64,000 bases of DNA from Spirochaetia bacterium (GCA_963675665.1 OY776510.1:96001-160000); one strand, 5' to 3'. Numbered from the stretch's first letter, positions 48,775 to 59,383 are shown. Made by a program: numbers and translations. Notes: generated by a model not told the origin, from the sequence alone.

Positions 48775-50940
48775 TCAGAATTTAAGCTTGCTTCCAAGCG
48801 TACTTTTTAATGTCTCCGCGGCATCTTCCGCGGCCTTTTCAACCTCATCGGGGACCGCATCCTGAAGCAATTTTTCCGCCTGTTTTGCGATATTGTCCTT
48901 TACCGACTGTTCAATTTCAGCAATTTTGTCATCAGCCATCGATCTGTATTTATCGAGTTCCTGTTCATAATTTCTGATTTTATCAGCATAGGACTCAAAC
49001 TGCTCCCTTGCCGAATCGAACTCCCGGAGCGGTTCTGCGAGCTCAGCGTCCAGATAATCCTTCAGCATCTGTAACCCCTCATCAGCGCCCTCTTTCAGCA
49101 TGGCTGAAGCAGCATTGCCGAGGCTGTCATCCAGTTCGGTTTCAACCGAAATATCAAAACCGGTGCTATCGTTCCAGGTAAAACTGCCGATCGCCGTCAG
49201 GGGTTTTACCGATTCAAGGCTGGTGTTGACAAGCCTGTATAAAAGTCCCTCCGGTTTTTCTGACTCGAGATTAAGCTCAACTGCTTCCAGACCGAAATCA
49301 CCGGCAAATCCGTCTTCGTTCCACCCAAGGCCACTGTCAAGCGACAGCGAACCGGAAAATACGGAAATATCAAGCGCCGACAGGCTGCCGCCCAAATCAA
49401 ACGGCACGGAAGGCACATCAAGCGTAAGGCTGCTCTCGGTAATCAGGGCTTCCGCGGCTCCTGTCGCCGGGGTATCTATCCCGATTTCGAGGCTGGTTTC
49501 GTTTTCCCATTTGTCCGGTTCGCTTACCAGATCATTTAAAGACAGGTTATAACTCAACCCTGGCTCTTCACCGGAAGCAAAAGCATGAACCAGAACAAAG
49601 CCCGGCGGGGCGTCTGCCGGAGGGGGAAGACTTCTGCCGGGCCTTCTTTTCTCCGGAGACTTTTCCTTTTTAAGATCTGAAAGACGTTTAAAACGTCCGT
49701 ACCACTCAAGGCCGCGATCCAGGTACGACAGGTATTTCTGAAGCGGTGCGGACAGCTTTTCTTCAAGAATTGAAGCCGCCCAGTCAACCTTCTCACCGGC
49801 CGGCAATGTAACAAGACCTTCAATATAGTCATAATCGTTCGAGATTGCAGTCTTTATTGCATCAATCATTGATGAGGCTTCATTAATCCCGGCTTCAACG
49901 GCAGCCAAATCGTTTGCTGCGGATGAGTAATCCTGTTCCGCATCATTATATATCTTTTCAAGCTTTGAGATTGTGGACTGTGCGCTTTCAAGGGTCTGAA
50001 AGGAACCGGCGTTTACCGTTTTGATGTAATTAACGGAAGTCTCCCAGCCGTCAATCCTTGATTCCCATTCCCCGGCCTTGCCCTCCCACTGCCCTGCGTA
50101 GCCTTCAACTTTCATCTTTGAATCTTCAAGAACTGTAAAACTTTCAAGGTTTTCCTTCTGCTGCGCAAGAATCTCTTCAACGTCGATTTCCCCGGCAATG
50201 GCCCCAAGCTGGTTGACAACATCCGTAATGGAATCCTTTCCGGCAGACACCAGTTTCCCGGCGGCCCCCTGCTTCTGATTTCCGGAAGACGCCTTGTCCG
50301 AATCTTCCGGTACAGCATCTCCGTCTTTGTCCGCAGGCGCTCCCGTTTCGGGAGCAGGAAGCAGCCCTGATTCGGCTCTTTCAGTGCCCCGCTTCAGTCC
50401 TGAAAACCCAAGCTCCTCTATAAGAACCCGGCCCTGAAGAAGTTCCGCCGTATCAAGATCAGCAGTAACCGATGAACATTCAAAAAGATTTTTCATAGGG
50501 TTCTGCGCGTCCGCTACAGCAAAGTATTCGAGCGAAAATTCACCCTTGAAGATTGAAAGCTCAACGCCGTCCGTATCAACCTGTGCGAGAAATATCTTTT
50601 CAAGTTGAGTTTCCAGCAATCTCTGAACAAGCATATTCTTCAGATAGAATTCAAAGAAGACTATACCGCCTGCAACAATCACCAAGATAAAGATGAGTAT
50701 GAAATTAAGACGCTTCCTGTTCTGTTTTATCGCTTTTCCGAGGGCTTTCAGTCGTTTCAGATCTTTTTTGGACAAACCCTCTGCATTCACCCTTACCATG
50801 CCGTTTTCTTCAACCAGCAGCGATTCAAGAAATTTCCGGTCCTCCGGCAGGTAAATTTTCTTTATATACTTTTTTTCCCATTTCTTCTTATCAACAGCCT
50901 TTGAAAATATTCCGGGCGCTTTCCTTTTTTTATCAGCCAT
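48775..50940 (-). CDS. TIGR03545-like membrane-anchored protein
   Basis: Single TM, AsmA-like N-terminal region (AVADAQNPMKNLF, GTER..SG), coiled coils; paired with the downstream-annotated TIGR03546-like gene. Confidence 0.7.
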   Translation of the reverse strand: MADKKRKAPGIFSKAVDKKKWEKKYIKKIYLPEDRKFLESLLVEENGMVRVNAEGLSKKDLKRLKALGKAIKQNRKRLNFILIFILVIVAGGIVFFEFYLKNMLVQRLLETQLEKIFLAQVDTDGVELSIFKGEFSLEYFAVADAQNPMKNLFECSSVTADLDTAELLQGRVLIEELGFSGLKRGTERAESGLLPAPETGAPADKDGDAVPEDSDKASSGNQKQGAAGKLVSAGKDSITDVVNQLGAIAGEIDVEEILAQQKENLESFTVLEDSKMKVEGYAGQWEGKAGEWESRIDGWETSVNYIKTVNAGSFQTLESAQSTISKLEKIYNDAEQDYSSAANDLAAVEAGINEASSMIDAIKTAISNDYDYIEGLVTLPAGEKVDWAASILEEKLSAPLQKYLSYLDRGLEWYGRFKRLSDLKKEKSPEKRRPGRSLPPPADAPPGFVLVHAFASGEEPGLSYNLSLNDLVSEPDKWENETSLEIGIDTPATGAAEALITESSLTLDVPSVPFDLGGSLSALDISVFSGSLSLDSGLGWNEDGFAGDFGLEAVELNLESEKPEGLLYRLVNTSLESVKPLTAIGSFTWNDSTGFDISVETELDDSLGNAASAMLKEGADEGLQMLKDYLDAELAEPLREFDSAREQFESYADKIRNYEQELDKYRSMADDKIAEIEQSVKDNIAKQAEKLLQDAVPDEVEKAAEDAAETLKSTLGSKLKF

Positions 50941-50949
50941 TAAGTCCTC

Positions 50950-51480
50950 CTAGTACACTTCGCTGAACTGCCTGACCGCGGCAATCAGCTTTCCGAGAAC
51001 AGGGGCTTTCTTTAAGGCGTTTATGAATTTTGATTTTGCTATCCTGGGCGAAATCTTCTCCCGGAAAAGTACAATTATCAGCCTTGCAAGAAAAAATAAA
51101 GGCAGCCACGCCGCAACGCCCGCTATAAGCCCGCCGACCATCAGCGAATCATTCAACCCCAGGTATATCAGCCCGGGAATATCATTAATTCTGTATACGA
51201 AGGCGGATACAGTCTCCGATTGAAGTATTCTCCAGCCCACAGGTTCGGTAAAAGTATCAATTAAAGGGACAATCCACTTAAAAAGCGCTATAAAAACAAT
51301 CTCAAAGCCCCAGTTAAGCCTGGCAATGAGACTTATTATAAACAGAACCGGCCAGAGCAGGTTTATTGAAGGAACAAGCGCCAGTAAAAAGGCAACAGCA
51401 ACAGCGGCCGCTACAGCCCCCGGTTTTGAGTTCGAATTAAGCGCCGCAATCAATTTTGCAACAGGTCTGATAAAAAACAT
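50950..51480 (-). CDS. TIGR03546/DUF2062-like membrane protein
   Basis: LNSNSKP, LVP..NL, P...L.LND..M.GG pattern. Confidence 0.75.
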   Translation of the reverse strand: MFFIRPVAKLIAALNSNSKPGAVAAAVAVAFLLALVPSINLLWPVLFIISLIARLNWGFEIVFIALFKWIVPLIDTFTEPVGWRILQSETVSAFVYRINDIPGLIYLGLNDSLMVGGLIAGVAAWLPLFFLARLIIVLFREKISPRIAKSKFINALKKAPVLGKLIAAVRQFSEVY

Positions 51481-51591
51481 TTTAAAACCTCACTTTATGT
51501 GATTATACCCCGGGCGGCAGCAGCCCGGCAAATAAAAAAGCTGTCTTAAATCCTGCGGGACAAAGACAGCCTGGATTTCACTCAGCTAAAA

Positions 51592-51963
51592 TCAGCTTTT
51601 AAAAGGTAAATCTGTCTTGTAGTTTTCTCCCCATTCGGTATCAATCGTCATTTCAAGATCAAGGTTTGTAGGGGGTTTCAGAAATTCGTAGTCCCTTCCG
51701 CTTTCTGCACATGAGAATTTAAGTGTGATCCCGTCCAGGGCTACTGAGACCTTAAAATTGGTAATGGTTTTCCCGCGAAAATCATAGTAAACACCGCCGT
51801 CGGCATCAAGAATTCTTATATTGTTTGAGCTGAATTCCCAGTAGGCATCATAGTTCTCATCCACCCATTTACCGAGAGGAAACTCGCCAAGTTCAATCCC
51901 CTGGGCAAAAGCCCCGACAGAAACAGCAATCAGTACCATAGAAATAATTAAAATCTTTTTCAT
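51592..51963 (-). CDS. Hypothetical exported protein
   Basis: Signal peptide MKK...AFA|Q; SD GAAGGGG; downstream terminator near 51533-51571. Confidence 0.75.
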   Translation of the reverse strand: MKKILIISMVLIAVSVGAFAQGIELGEFPLGKWVDENYDAYWEFSSNNIRILDADGGVYYDFRGKTITNFKVSVALDGITLKFSCAESGRDYEFLKPPTNLDLEMTIDTEWGENYKTDLPFKS

Positions 51964-52068
51964 AATTTGCCCCTTCCTTAAACAGTTTCATTAATTATAA
52001 AACACTTGATGAGGTATTTCTATTTCTTTTTCTACCATATATTTCAATTTATGGAGAAAATATAACAC

Positions 52069-53073
52069 TCAGCCGAGAATATCCGATTCCACCGTCTTCA
52101 GCATCCGTGAAACTTCGTCGCGGTCGGCGGAATAATAGATCCTTTTGCGTTCTCCCCGCTGGTAGCCTACCAGGTTCAGATTACTCAGCTTGCTCATATG
52201 ATATGATACCGTAGCCGAAGTAAGATCAAGTTCATCGGCCAGTTCCCTGATAAACCACGGTTTCCGGCACAGCATGCGCAGAATAGTCCGCCTGCTTTCA
52301 TCTGCAAGAAGACTGTAAATTTGATCCAGCGGAAGAGAAAATTCCCGAACAAGATCTTTCCGCCGCCGTCCGTAAACAATTGCCTGGGGGTTATCCAACT
52401 GGATAATGTCCGTTTCATCGTAGTAACTGATATAAATTTCCTGCCCTGCATCATCTTCAGAATAATTAATATGAAATACTTCCGAATAGAATGCAGCCGG
52501 ATCCTGCTCAAACAGCAGTTGCTCCTCTGAAAGTTCCTTCTTCATCAGATCAAGCACTGCCTTTTCATACGGCGCTATTGCCGCGCTGTAAAAATCCTCC
52601 ATAATTATAACCAGTCTTTGCCGGATGACATCCGGCCTGTGATAAAAGTCAAGAAAAAACTCAGGTTCATTCGCCCTGGTTGTCCCGCCTGCTTTTTGGA
52701 TAGCATTTATAATTTTTTCAGGCTCATCCTTTACCGAGTTGAAATCTATATCGGTTTTATATGAATTAAAAAGTCTTTCAGGCAGACCGGCGGAAGGTAA
52801 TTCTTTGAATGTTTTTATCAATTCAGCCGGTGAATTTATTTCATTTTGTAAGGCTGTCTCGACAGGCAGGAACAAGAGTCCCAGAAAATTAGTGACGAGA
52901 TATCGAATATCATTGTCGAGCAGACCCGGCAGATTCGACTTTGCTGTTCTGTACCACTTCTCAAGTTCGGAACTGACACGGTATCCGGGAATATTAACCG
53001 CAAATTCATCCCAGTGTGCATACTGAAGCAATGCACAGCACAGATCCACTGCCGGATTATATCTTATCTTCAT
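52069..53073 (-). CDS. ArsR/SmtB family regulator with C-terminal wHTH
   Basis: LADESRRTILRML...ELADELDLTSATVSYHM. Confidence 0.85.
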   Translation of the reverse strand: MKIRYNPAVDLCCALLQYAHWDEFAVNIPGYRVSSELEKWYRTAKSNLPGLLDNDIRYLVTNFLGLLFLPVETALQNEINSPAELIKTFKELPSAGLPERLFNSYKTDIDFNSVKDEPEKIINAIQKAGGTTRANEPEFFLDFYHRPDVIRQRLVIIMEDFYSAAIAPYEKAVLDLMKKELSEEQLLFEQDPAAFYSEVFHINYSEDDAGQEIYISYYDETDIIQLDNPQAIVYGRRRKDLVREFSLPLDQIYSLLADESRRTILRMLCRKPWFIRELADELDLTSATVSYHMSKLSNLNLVGYQRGERKRIYYSADRDEVSRMLKTVESDILG

Positions 53074-54283
53074 TCGCAGGCTCCCTGATTAAGAGATAGG
53101 CGAAGGCTGATAATGCAAGCAGCCCTCCCGATAACATCCATGCCGCCGGAATATTTGCCTTAAGCGCAATCTGACCGGCAACAACAGCGCCCGCAGCACC
53201 TCCGGCCTGAAGGAAAAGGGAATTGAGCGACAGCAGGCTGGAACGTTTGTCCGACGGAATATTCCGGTTAAAAACAGTCATTTCCGGCGATTCTGTAATG
53301 CCGTGTGTAAAGAAAAGTATAAAGTATATGGGCGCAAAACTGCCTGTTGTGGATGTAAAAGAAAGTAGAATATAAAATACTCCCATTAATAACCTGAAAG
53401 ACACCATTACCGGCACATATCTGTTTCCGGTCAGCTTCAGGATTCTGGAAGAAATCGCATTGCCCGCCGCCGCCGAAACAAAATACCCGGCGGCAAGCAG
53501 ACCAAGGATCCAGGTGCCGGTCTCCGGCGAAATATTTCTGACATGCGGTTGCCACAGCTGTTCAAGACCCGAAAGACCGATACCCAACGCGCCTGTTGCC
53601 ATCAGAACTGCAAAAACATTGCGCTGCCGTATACCGAATTTCATTGCGGAGCCGAGCACATGAGGGAAGTTCTGAAACCCGGCGGCAATGTTTTTTGAAA
53701 AGCCGTCCCTGCTTTCCTTTATGACGACCACCGTCAGAAAAATTTGAATAATATAAAGCAGAATAAGAACAACAATATTTGTACGAATGGTACCGGATAT
53801 ATCGGGAATAATACCGCCGGCCAAAGTCCCCGCCCCCAAGGCCGCAGGGATTACAACACCGGCCGCGGCAAGATCTTTCTGCAGTTGCCGGTCGTCGCCG
53901 CCCAGGCGCTTGTGTTCATCCACAAACCAGGCATCAATCGAACCGGACGACAGCGCGCGTCCGGTACCTGCAAGAATTACTGCAGCAAGCAGAATAATAA
54001 AAGTACCGGCGGCAAGTATCAGCGAATATCCGGCTATATAAAAGACAACTGCAATGATATAAACCCGTTTTCTACCGAGAGTATCTGATAATCCTCCGGT
54101 AGGCAGTTCCAGCACCAGAACTGTAGTTCCCATCACTGCCATGGCGATTCCTACCTGCCCGATATTAAATCCCAAATCCATCAGAGCAAGAATCATCACG
54201 GGGATAACAATACCCATTGAAAACCAGTGCATCCCCTGGTTTATGCTGTAACGAATTAACAGTTCTTTATGCGAACGGACCAT
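53057..54283 (-). CDS. MFS transporter
   Basis: ELPTGGLSDTLGRK motif; about 12 TM helices. Confidence 0.9.
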   Translation of the reverse strand: MVRSHKELLIRYSINQGMHWFSMGIVIPVMILALMDLGFNIGQVGIAMAVMGTTVLVLELPTGGLSDTLGRKRVYIIAVVFYIAGYSLILAAGTFIILLAAVILAGTGRALSSGSIDAWFVDEHKRLGGDDRQLQKDLAAAGVVIPAALGAGTLAGGIIPDISGTIRTNIVVLILLYIIQIFLTVVVIKESRDGFSKNIAAGFQNFPHVLGSAMKFGIRQRNVFAVLMATGALGIGLSGLEQLWQPHVRNISPETGTWILGLLAAGYFVSAAAGNAISSRILKLTGNRYVPVMVSFRLLMGVFYILLSFTSTTGSFAPIYFILFFTHGITESPEMTVFNRNIPSDKRSSLLSLNSLFLQAGGAAGAVVAGQIALKANIPAAWMLSGGLLALSAFAYLLIREPANEDKI

Positions 54284-54332
54284 AAAAACCCCATTTCAGG
54301 ATTAAAACAAAATACTTATCATGATAGATATT

Positions 54333-54385
54333 TATTATATTAGACTATCATCTAATATAATATATTCAAACTTACCGTTTGTCAA
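54333..54385 (-). promoter_or_regulatory. Promoter with a 12-6-12 palindromic operator for the MFS-ArsR operon
   Basis: TTGACA-17-TATTAT on minus; perfect IR TATTATATTAGA-ctatca-TCTAATATAATA (54333-54362) overlapping the -10. Confidence 0.75.
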
Positions 54386-54422
54386 TTAAGTTATCTGCGC
54401 TATAATATTTTATGAGGTCAGT

Positions 54423-55391
54423 ATGAAAAAAACAGAAAGCAGCAATTTTAAAACCTCTCTTGAAACAGGCAACAGGCTGTTAATGAAAAGCGTTCCCAGG
54501 GCGGACGTGCATAATCATGCGGGGCTGGGAGGCAGCTTTGAAGAATGGAGAAAAAAGGAAGGGCTGAATATTGAAGACAACTCCCACAACTTCCCCGATT
54601 TCACCGATTTCCAGAGGTTTGTAGACAAAATATACTTCTACCCCAACAAGAATCCGACTAATGAACAAAACCGCGCAAGAATCCTCAGTCTTTATGAAGC
54701 AACTTATGATCTCGCCGTTTCCGACGGCGTAACCTATATAGAGCCCGGAGTAGACGCATTAATTCTCGACTACTTTGAAGGCGATATTGAAAAAATGGTT
54801 TCGGCCCTGCAGAACCAGATATCCCGGTATTCAGGAAGACTGATTATAAAACCGGACGTTGGAATGGTCAGGGTGTTCAGTCAGAAAGAAATAGAAAGGA
54901 CTATCTACCCATGCATCGAATCCGGGTTTTTCAGTGCCCTGGACGTTTTTGCTGATGAGAGGCATGGTCCTCCCGAACAATTCAGGCAGATTTACCGTGA
55001 TGCAAAAAAGGCCGGGATGAAACTGAAAGCCCATGCCGGAGAGCTTCTTGACGCCGACTTTGTTCGAAAAAGCGTTGAAATACTTGAACTGGACGAGGTC
55101 CAGCACGGCATAGCCGCGGCAACATCTTCTGAAGTGATGCGTTTTCTGGCGGACAACAGCATAAGGCTGAATATATGCCCGTCCAGCAATATTCAGCTAT
55201 GCCAGGTAGAATCGTTTAAAACACACCCGATGCGGGTCCTGATGGATAACGGCGTGAAAGTCAGCCTGAATACCGATGACGCCATAATATTCGGGCAAAA
55301 ATCTTCGGATGAGTTCTTTAACATGTATGAAACAGGACTCTACACGACTGAAGAACTTGACAAAGTGCGTTTAGACGGCTTCCCGGATTGA
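54423..55391 (+). CDS. Adenosine deaminase family protein
   Basis: DVHNH, HAGE, HGI, CPSSN, NTDD. Confidence 0.85.
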   Translation: MKKTESSNFKTSLETGNRLLMKSVPRADVHNHAGLGGSFEEWRKKEGLNIEDNSHNFPDFTDFQRFVDKIYFYPNKNPTNEQNRARILSLYEATYDLAVSDGVTYIEPGVDALILDYFEGDIEKMVSALQNQISRYSGRLIIKPDVGMVRVFSQKEIERTIYPCIESGFFSALDVFADERHGPPEQFRQIYRDAKKAGMKLKAHAGELLDADFVRKSVEILELDEVQHGIAAATSSEVMRFLADNSIRLNICPSSNIQLCQVESFKTHPMRVLMDNGVKVSLNTDDAIIFGQKSSDEFFNMYETGLYTTEELDKVRLDGFPD

Positions 55392-56071
55392 AAGTCTCAC
55401 GGCTTCTGCAGCATGAAGCTCCATAGTGTTGAAAACAGGGATATCAACATCTTTCTGTTTTATCAGCAGCGGGATTTCCGTACAGCCCAGAACAACCCCT
55501 CGGCGCCGGCCTTTTCCAATTCGGAGATTATATTACGAAAAAGATCTCTTGACTTGTCCTTTAACTCGCCGAGGCAGAGTTCATTATATATCACGCTGTG
55601 AACAATATCCATCTCGCTGCTTTCAGGAATAATTACATCTATACCGTGCCGGTCTTTTAACCTTCCCCTGTAGAAATCCTGCTCCATGGTGAACCTGGTG
55701 CCGAGAAGCCCTACGGTATGAAATCCGCGACGTTTTATTTCTTCGGCTGCGGCATCGGCAATATGAAGCAAAGGTATACCAATGTTTTTCTGCACGTCAT
55801 CAGCCATTTTATGCATCGTATTTGTACATATCATAAGCATATCCGCACCCGCATTCTCCAGCATGATCGCAACCTCAGTCATCTGCCTGCTGAGTTCACC
55901 CCAGTCTTCTTTATGCTGGAGGGCTTCAATTTCTTCAAAATCAACAGAATACATCAAAGTCTTTGCCGAATGAAGTCCGCCGAGCGCTGATTTGACCCCG
56001 GTATTCAGCAGCCGGTAGTATTCAAGAGAAGACTCCCAGCTCATTCCGCCTATCATTCCTATTGTTTTCAT
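55371..56071 (-). pseudogene. Aspartate/glutamate racemase (YgeA/RacX-like), frameshifted near the C-terminus
   Basis: IGGMSWESS, ICTNTMH; the continuation VVLGCTEIPLL...HAAEAV lies in another frame after the G-run at 55496-55499. Confidence 0.85.
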
Positions 56072-56248
56072 ATGCCCTCCTGATTCCGGTATCAGTACAT
56101 CTTCTTACAATACAGTCCTTTTTTCAAGCAGAAATACCGGTTTTAAAGTGAGGCCTCCATATTGGACAGTAACATCTCTGCCGGCTACAGGGTTATATAA
56201 CAGGAAATGTGTGCTTTTCCAATCGCAATGTGATAACATTACGGCTGA

Positions 56249-57190
56249 ATGCAGAACAATGAATATTTCTCACAGTTATTATATCTTCTTGTCTATTCCA
56301 GCGCGCTTATCTGTGTCGCAGCAGTAGTCGTATTCAGGACAAGACTGAAAACCGAACCAGGCGTGCATCTGAACAGGTTTATACTTTCGCTTGCATTCAC
56401 CGGGTCACTGGTTTCAATTCAGGTCTTTCTGAATGCGGTAGGAATCCTTGACCGGTTGAACGAATCAAGCACTTCAAGACTAATTATAATAATGAATATG
56501 CTCATAATAGCTGCAATTTCTTTGATTGTTCATTCGGCCGTTTCAATTTCTCTGTTAACAAGGCCTTCCGGATTCAACCGCAGGATTATTTTTACCGTAT
56601 CAGTCGTTATTACTGCAATGCTTATAAATACCGCCGCGCTTCAGATCCTGACTCTTGTTTCTCACTCAACTGCTGCCTCGGCACTTCTGGAGATAGTAAT
56701 GTCGGCGGGGATCATCCTGTATGCCGCAGGCATAACCTTCTCGGCGATCCGGCTGTTTATACCTCTCAGGATGAAAGACGACCCCGTGATTCTACCGGCA
56801 ATCAGACTGAATCTGCTGTTCATTTTGATTCTGCCGGCGTTTTATATAATTTCTGACAGTTTAATAGGCGCCCTCCTTGCGCCCGCGGGGTTTATCGCAA
56901 TTAATATCCTCAGCCTCAGAATTCTGTACTTGAGATTAAATACTCATCCGAAGGACCACGCAAAAAAGGATGAACCGGAAACAGCAGCAACCTGCAGGGA
57001 ACTGGGCCTTTCGGGAAGGGAAACCGATGTTGCGCTTCTGCTTGCAGAGGGAAGATCGTATAAAGAGATCGCAGCCGACTTGTGTATATCAATGTCTACT
57101 ACCCAGACGCATGTCGGCAGGATATATACGAAACTGGGAATAAACAGTAAAACTGAACTGGCAAACCTTTTATTCTACAAAAAAACCTGA
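56249..57190 (+). CDS. Membrane-bound LuxR-type HTH regulator
   Basis: About 7 TM segments then LSGRETDVALLLAEGRSYKEIA..L.IS..T..TH...IY.KLG. Confidence 0.9.
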   Translation: MQNNEYFSQLLYLLVYSSALICVAAVVVFRTRLKTEPGVHLNRFILSLAFTGSLVSIQVFLNAVGILDRLNESSTSRLIIIMNMLIIAAISLIVHSAVSISLLTRPSGFNRRIIFTVSVVITAMLINTAALQILTLVSHSTAASALLEIVMSAGIILYAAGITFSAIRLFIPLRMKDDPVILPAIRLNLLFILILPAFYIISDSLIGALLAPAGFIAINILSLRILYLRLNTHPKDHAKKDEPETAATCRELGLSGRETDVALLLAEGRSYKEIAADLCISMSTTQTHVGRIYTKLGINSKTELANLLFYKKT

Positions 57191-57281
57191 TTATACGACA
57201 AAAATCATACAAACATACGACTGTTTAGCAACCGATAACAAGCCTATATTAAATGCAGACAACTGATAAGGAGTATTCAGA

Positions 57282-58421
57282 ATGAAAAAGATGATATTGA
57301 TTTTACTTGCAGTTCTGCTTTCACCAACAGGAGTGTTTGCAGCCTCTTTCAATATCAATGAAAATAAAAATGAGGATCTGGCGGATATCAGAAAAATAGT
57401 TTTTGATTTGAAGTCGCCGAATTGTGCAATCTGCATAAGTACAGGCCGTCAGTCGTACAGCTTTACCGGCGGAGGCAGGCCGGGGATTCTTTCGCTTTCA
57501 CTTGAAGGAGATTTAAAATCAAACAATAAAAAGGCCGTGCCCTCAATTATCACCAGCAGGGAAGGAGATATCCTCTATATAAGGCTTTTCGGCAACAACA
57601 ATCTTTTCTTCGGCCTTGTTCAAAGCGGGTCTGTTCATATGCACGCAGAATTTCCTGATTACTTTAACGGCGATATCACTATAAAAACCTCATCCGGGAA
57701 TTCAACTGTTGCTGATCTGAATCTGAAGTCCTTTATGCTTGATTCCAGCTCCGGAGATAATGAACTCAGAGACATTGAGGCTGAAAAGATCGGAATCGAA
57801 CTGAGCTCGGGAAATGTAACTGCTGAAAATCTTGCATCGGTCGGTGGAATCAGCATCAAATCATCTTCGGGAGACCTGAACCTCGATGAGCTGCTGTCGG
57901 AATCGGCGGAAATCAGGGCCAGCTCGGGACGAATTAATATACAAAGACTCAGATGCACCGGCAATCTTGATATCCATGCAAGCTCCGGCAGAATTTCCGC
58001 CGGATATCTTGAAGGAGGCGCAGTAGCGGTAGATGCAACCTCGGGCAGCATAACCATAAAAGAGCTGCAGGGCAAGAATGTACAGATAGAAGCCTCGTCG
58101 GGTGACATTACCCTGGGAGCCCTTGCTGCCGAATCATCCGCATTTGAAGCCTCGTCAGGAAACACGGTAATAGGTGTAGAACCTTTTAACGGTGATATTT
58201 CCGTAAAAAGCAGCTCAGGGGATGTAACTATTGAACTGCCGGCTGATGCTTCATTTACAGCAGACCTTAATGCTTCCTCAGGCAAAATAAGAAGCGATTT
58301 CCCTCTGCTTGCTGAAATAACCGGCGACAGAAAGAACGAAATAAAAGGCGAAGCCAACGGAGGCGGCTATTCAGTCAGAGTTAAAGCTTCAAGCGGAAAC
58401 ATAACTATCAAGGAAAGATAA
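57282..58421 (+). CDS. Exported DUF4097-type beta-strand repeat protein
   Basis: Signal peptide; repeated x-S-S-G-x-I motifs about every 19-20 aa. Confidence 0.85.
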   Translation: MKKMILILLAVLLSPTGVFAASFNINENKNEDLADIRKIVFDLKSPNCAICISTGRQSYSFTGGGRPGILSLSLEGDLKSNNKKAVPSIITSREGDILYIRLFGNNNLFFGLVQSGSVHMHAEFPDYFNGDITIKTSSGNSTVADLNLKSFMLDSSSGDNELRDIEAEKIGIELSSGNVTAENLASVGGISIKSSSGDLNLDELLSESAEIRASSGRINIQRLRCTGNLDIHASSGRISAGYLEGGAVAVDATSGSITIKELQGKNVQIEASSGDITLGALAAESSAFEASSGNTVIGVEPFNGDISVKSSSGDVTIELPADASFTADLNASSGKIRSDFPLLAEITGDRKNEIKGEANGGGYSVRVKASSGNITIKER

Positions 58422-58454
58422 AACCGGCTGAATTTTATCGGTAACAGTTTGTCC

Positions 58455-58476
58455 GGCAGCCGAAAAACGGCTGCCG
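58455..58476. terminator. Hairpin between convergent genes
   Basis: CGGCAGCCG-aaaaa-CGGCTGCCG. Confidence 0.65.
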
Positions 58477-58498
58477 TTATGTTTTTTTGCCGTACGAA

Positions 58499-59383
58499 TT
58501 ACACAGCTTTCCAGTACATCCTGTTGTCGCGGAATTTGTATTCCGCCTTTCCGTTATTATAAAGATAAGATAAAAAAGATTTCACAGTGCTGCCGACAAG
58601 GACGTACTGCCCGTGATTCAGGGTTATTTTTCTTTCGTCACAGAAAAACTTCAATAAATCTTCAAAAATAATTTCATCACAAATCAAACGCAGTATGTCG
58701 CGAACGGCTTCTGCAACCGTATTCAGATTAAGCGCGGCTATTTTAGAAACATCATTTACCAAATCGCCGTGGCAGGGCACATAATAATCCGCTTTTACTG
58801 CCATAATCTTCTCTATGCTTCCGATAAAGGCTTCAACATCGTAGATAAACGGAAGCCCGTATTTTTTTATTATATCCTCGCCGAAAAGACTGTCTCCCAG
58901 GAAAAACACGCCGTCGTCGGTAAGAATTCCGTACTGATTAAAAAAATGTCCCGGAAGCCCGATAAAATTCAATCCTTCAATCTTCGAATCTTCGGAGATA
59001 ATCCGGTCAACATGAGAAGCTTTCGCTTCAAAAAACTTGGAACGCAGTTCCTTAAAAGGAAAGCCTCCCCATAAAAAACTCGGCTCAAGAAGCGGGGTTT
59101 CGGTAAATGAGGCTTCTGTTTGAGATGTCCAGATTTCACATCCGGCATTATTCTGAAGATAAGCATTGCCTCCGATATGGTCCGCATTTGAATGGGTATT
59201 TATTACAGCCTTGATCTTTCGGCCGCTCTCCCTGACTACCTTGTACAGTTTTCGTCCGGCGTCCTTGTCGCCTCCGCTGTCTATCAGGTAAACTCCGTCG
59301 CTGCCTTCAATAATACCTATATTGACCGCTCCCCTTGATATGAACGTACTTCCTTTCAATTGCTCAAAAAACCCTTCTGACAT
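58499..59383 (-). CDS. MBL-fold metallo-hydrolase
   Basis: LIDSG, THSNADHIGG, PGH, GD, PCHG. Confidence 0.85.
   Translation of the reverse strand: MSEGFFEQLKGSTFISRGAVNIGIIEGSDGVYLIDSGGDKDAGRKLYKVVRESGRKIKAVINTHSNADHIGGNAYLQNNAGCEIWTSQTEASFTETPLLEPSFLWGGFPFKELRSKFFEAKASHVDRIISEDSKIEGLNFIGLPGHFFNQYGILTDDGVFFLGDSLFGEDIIKKYGLPFIYDVEAFIGSIEKIMAVKADYYVPCHGDLVNDVSKIAALNLNTVAEAVRDILRLICDEIIFEDLLKFFCDERKITLNHGQYVLVGSTVKSFLSYLYNNGKAEYKFRDNRMYWKAV

Noticed and set aside
57659-58357. Long antisense ORFs (also 3878-4630, 37563-38141, 38208-38750 and others)
   Set aside because: They lie opposite well-supported genes and show no recognisable motifs
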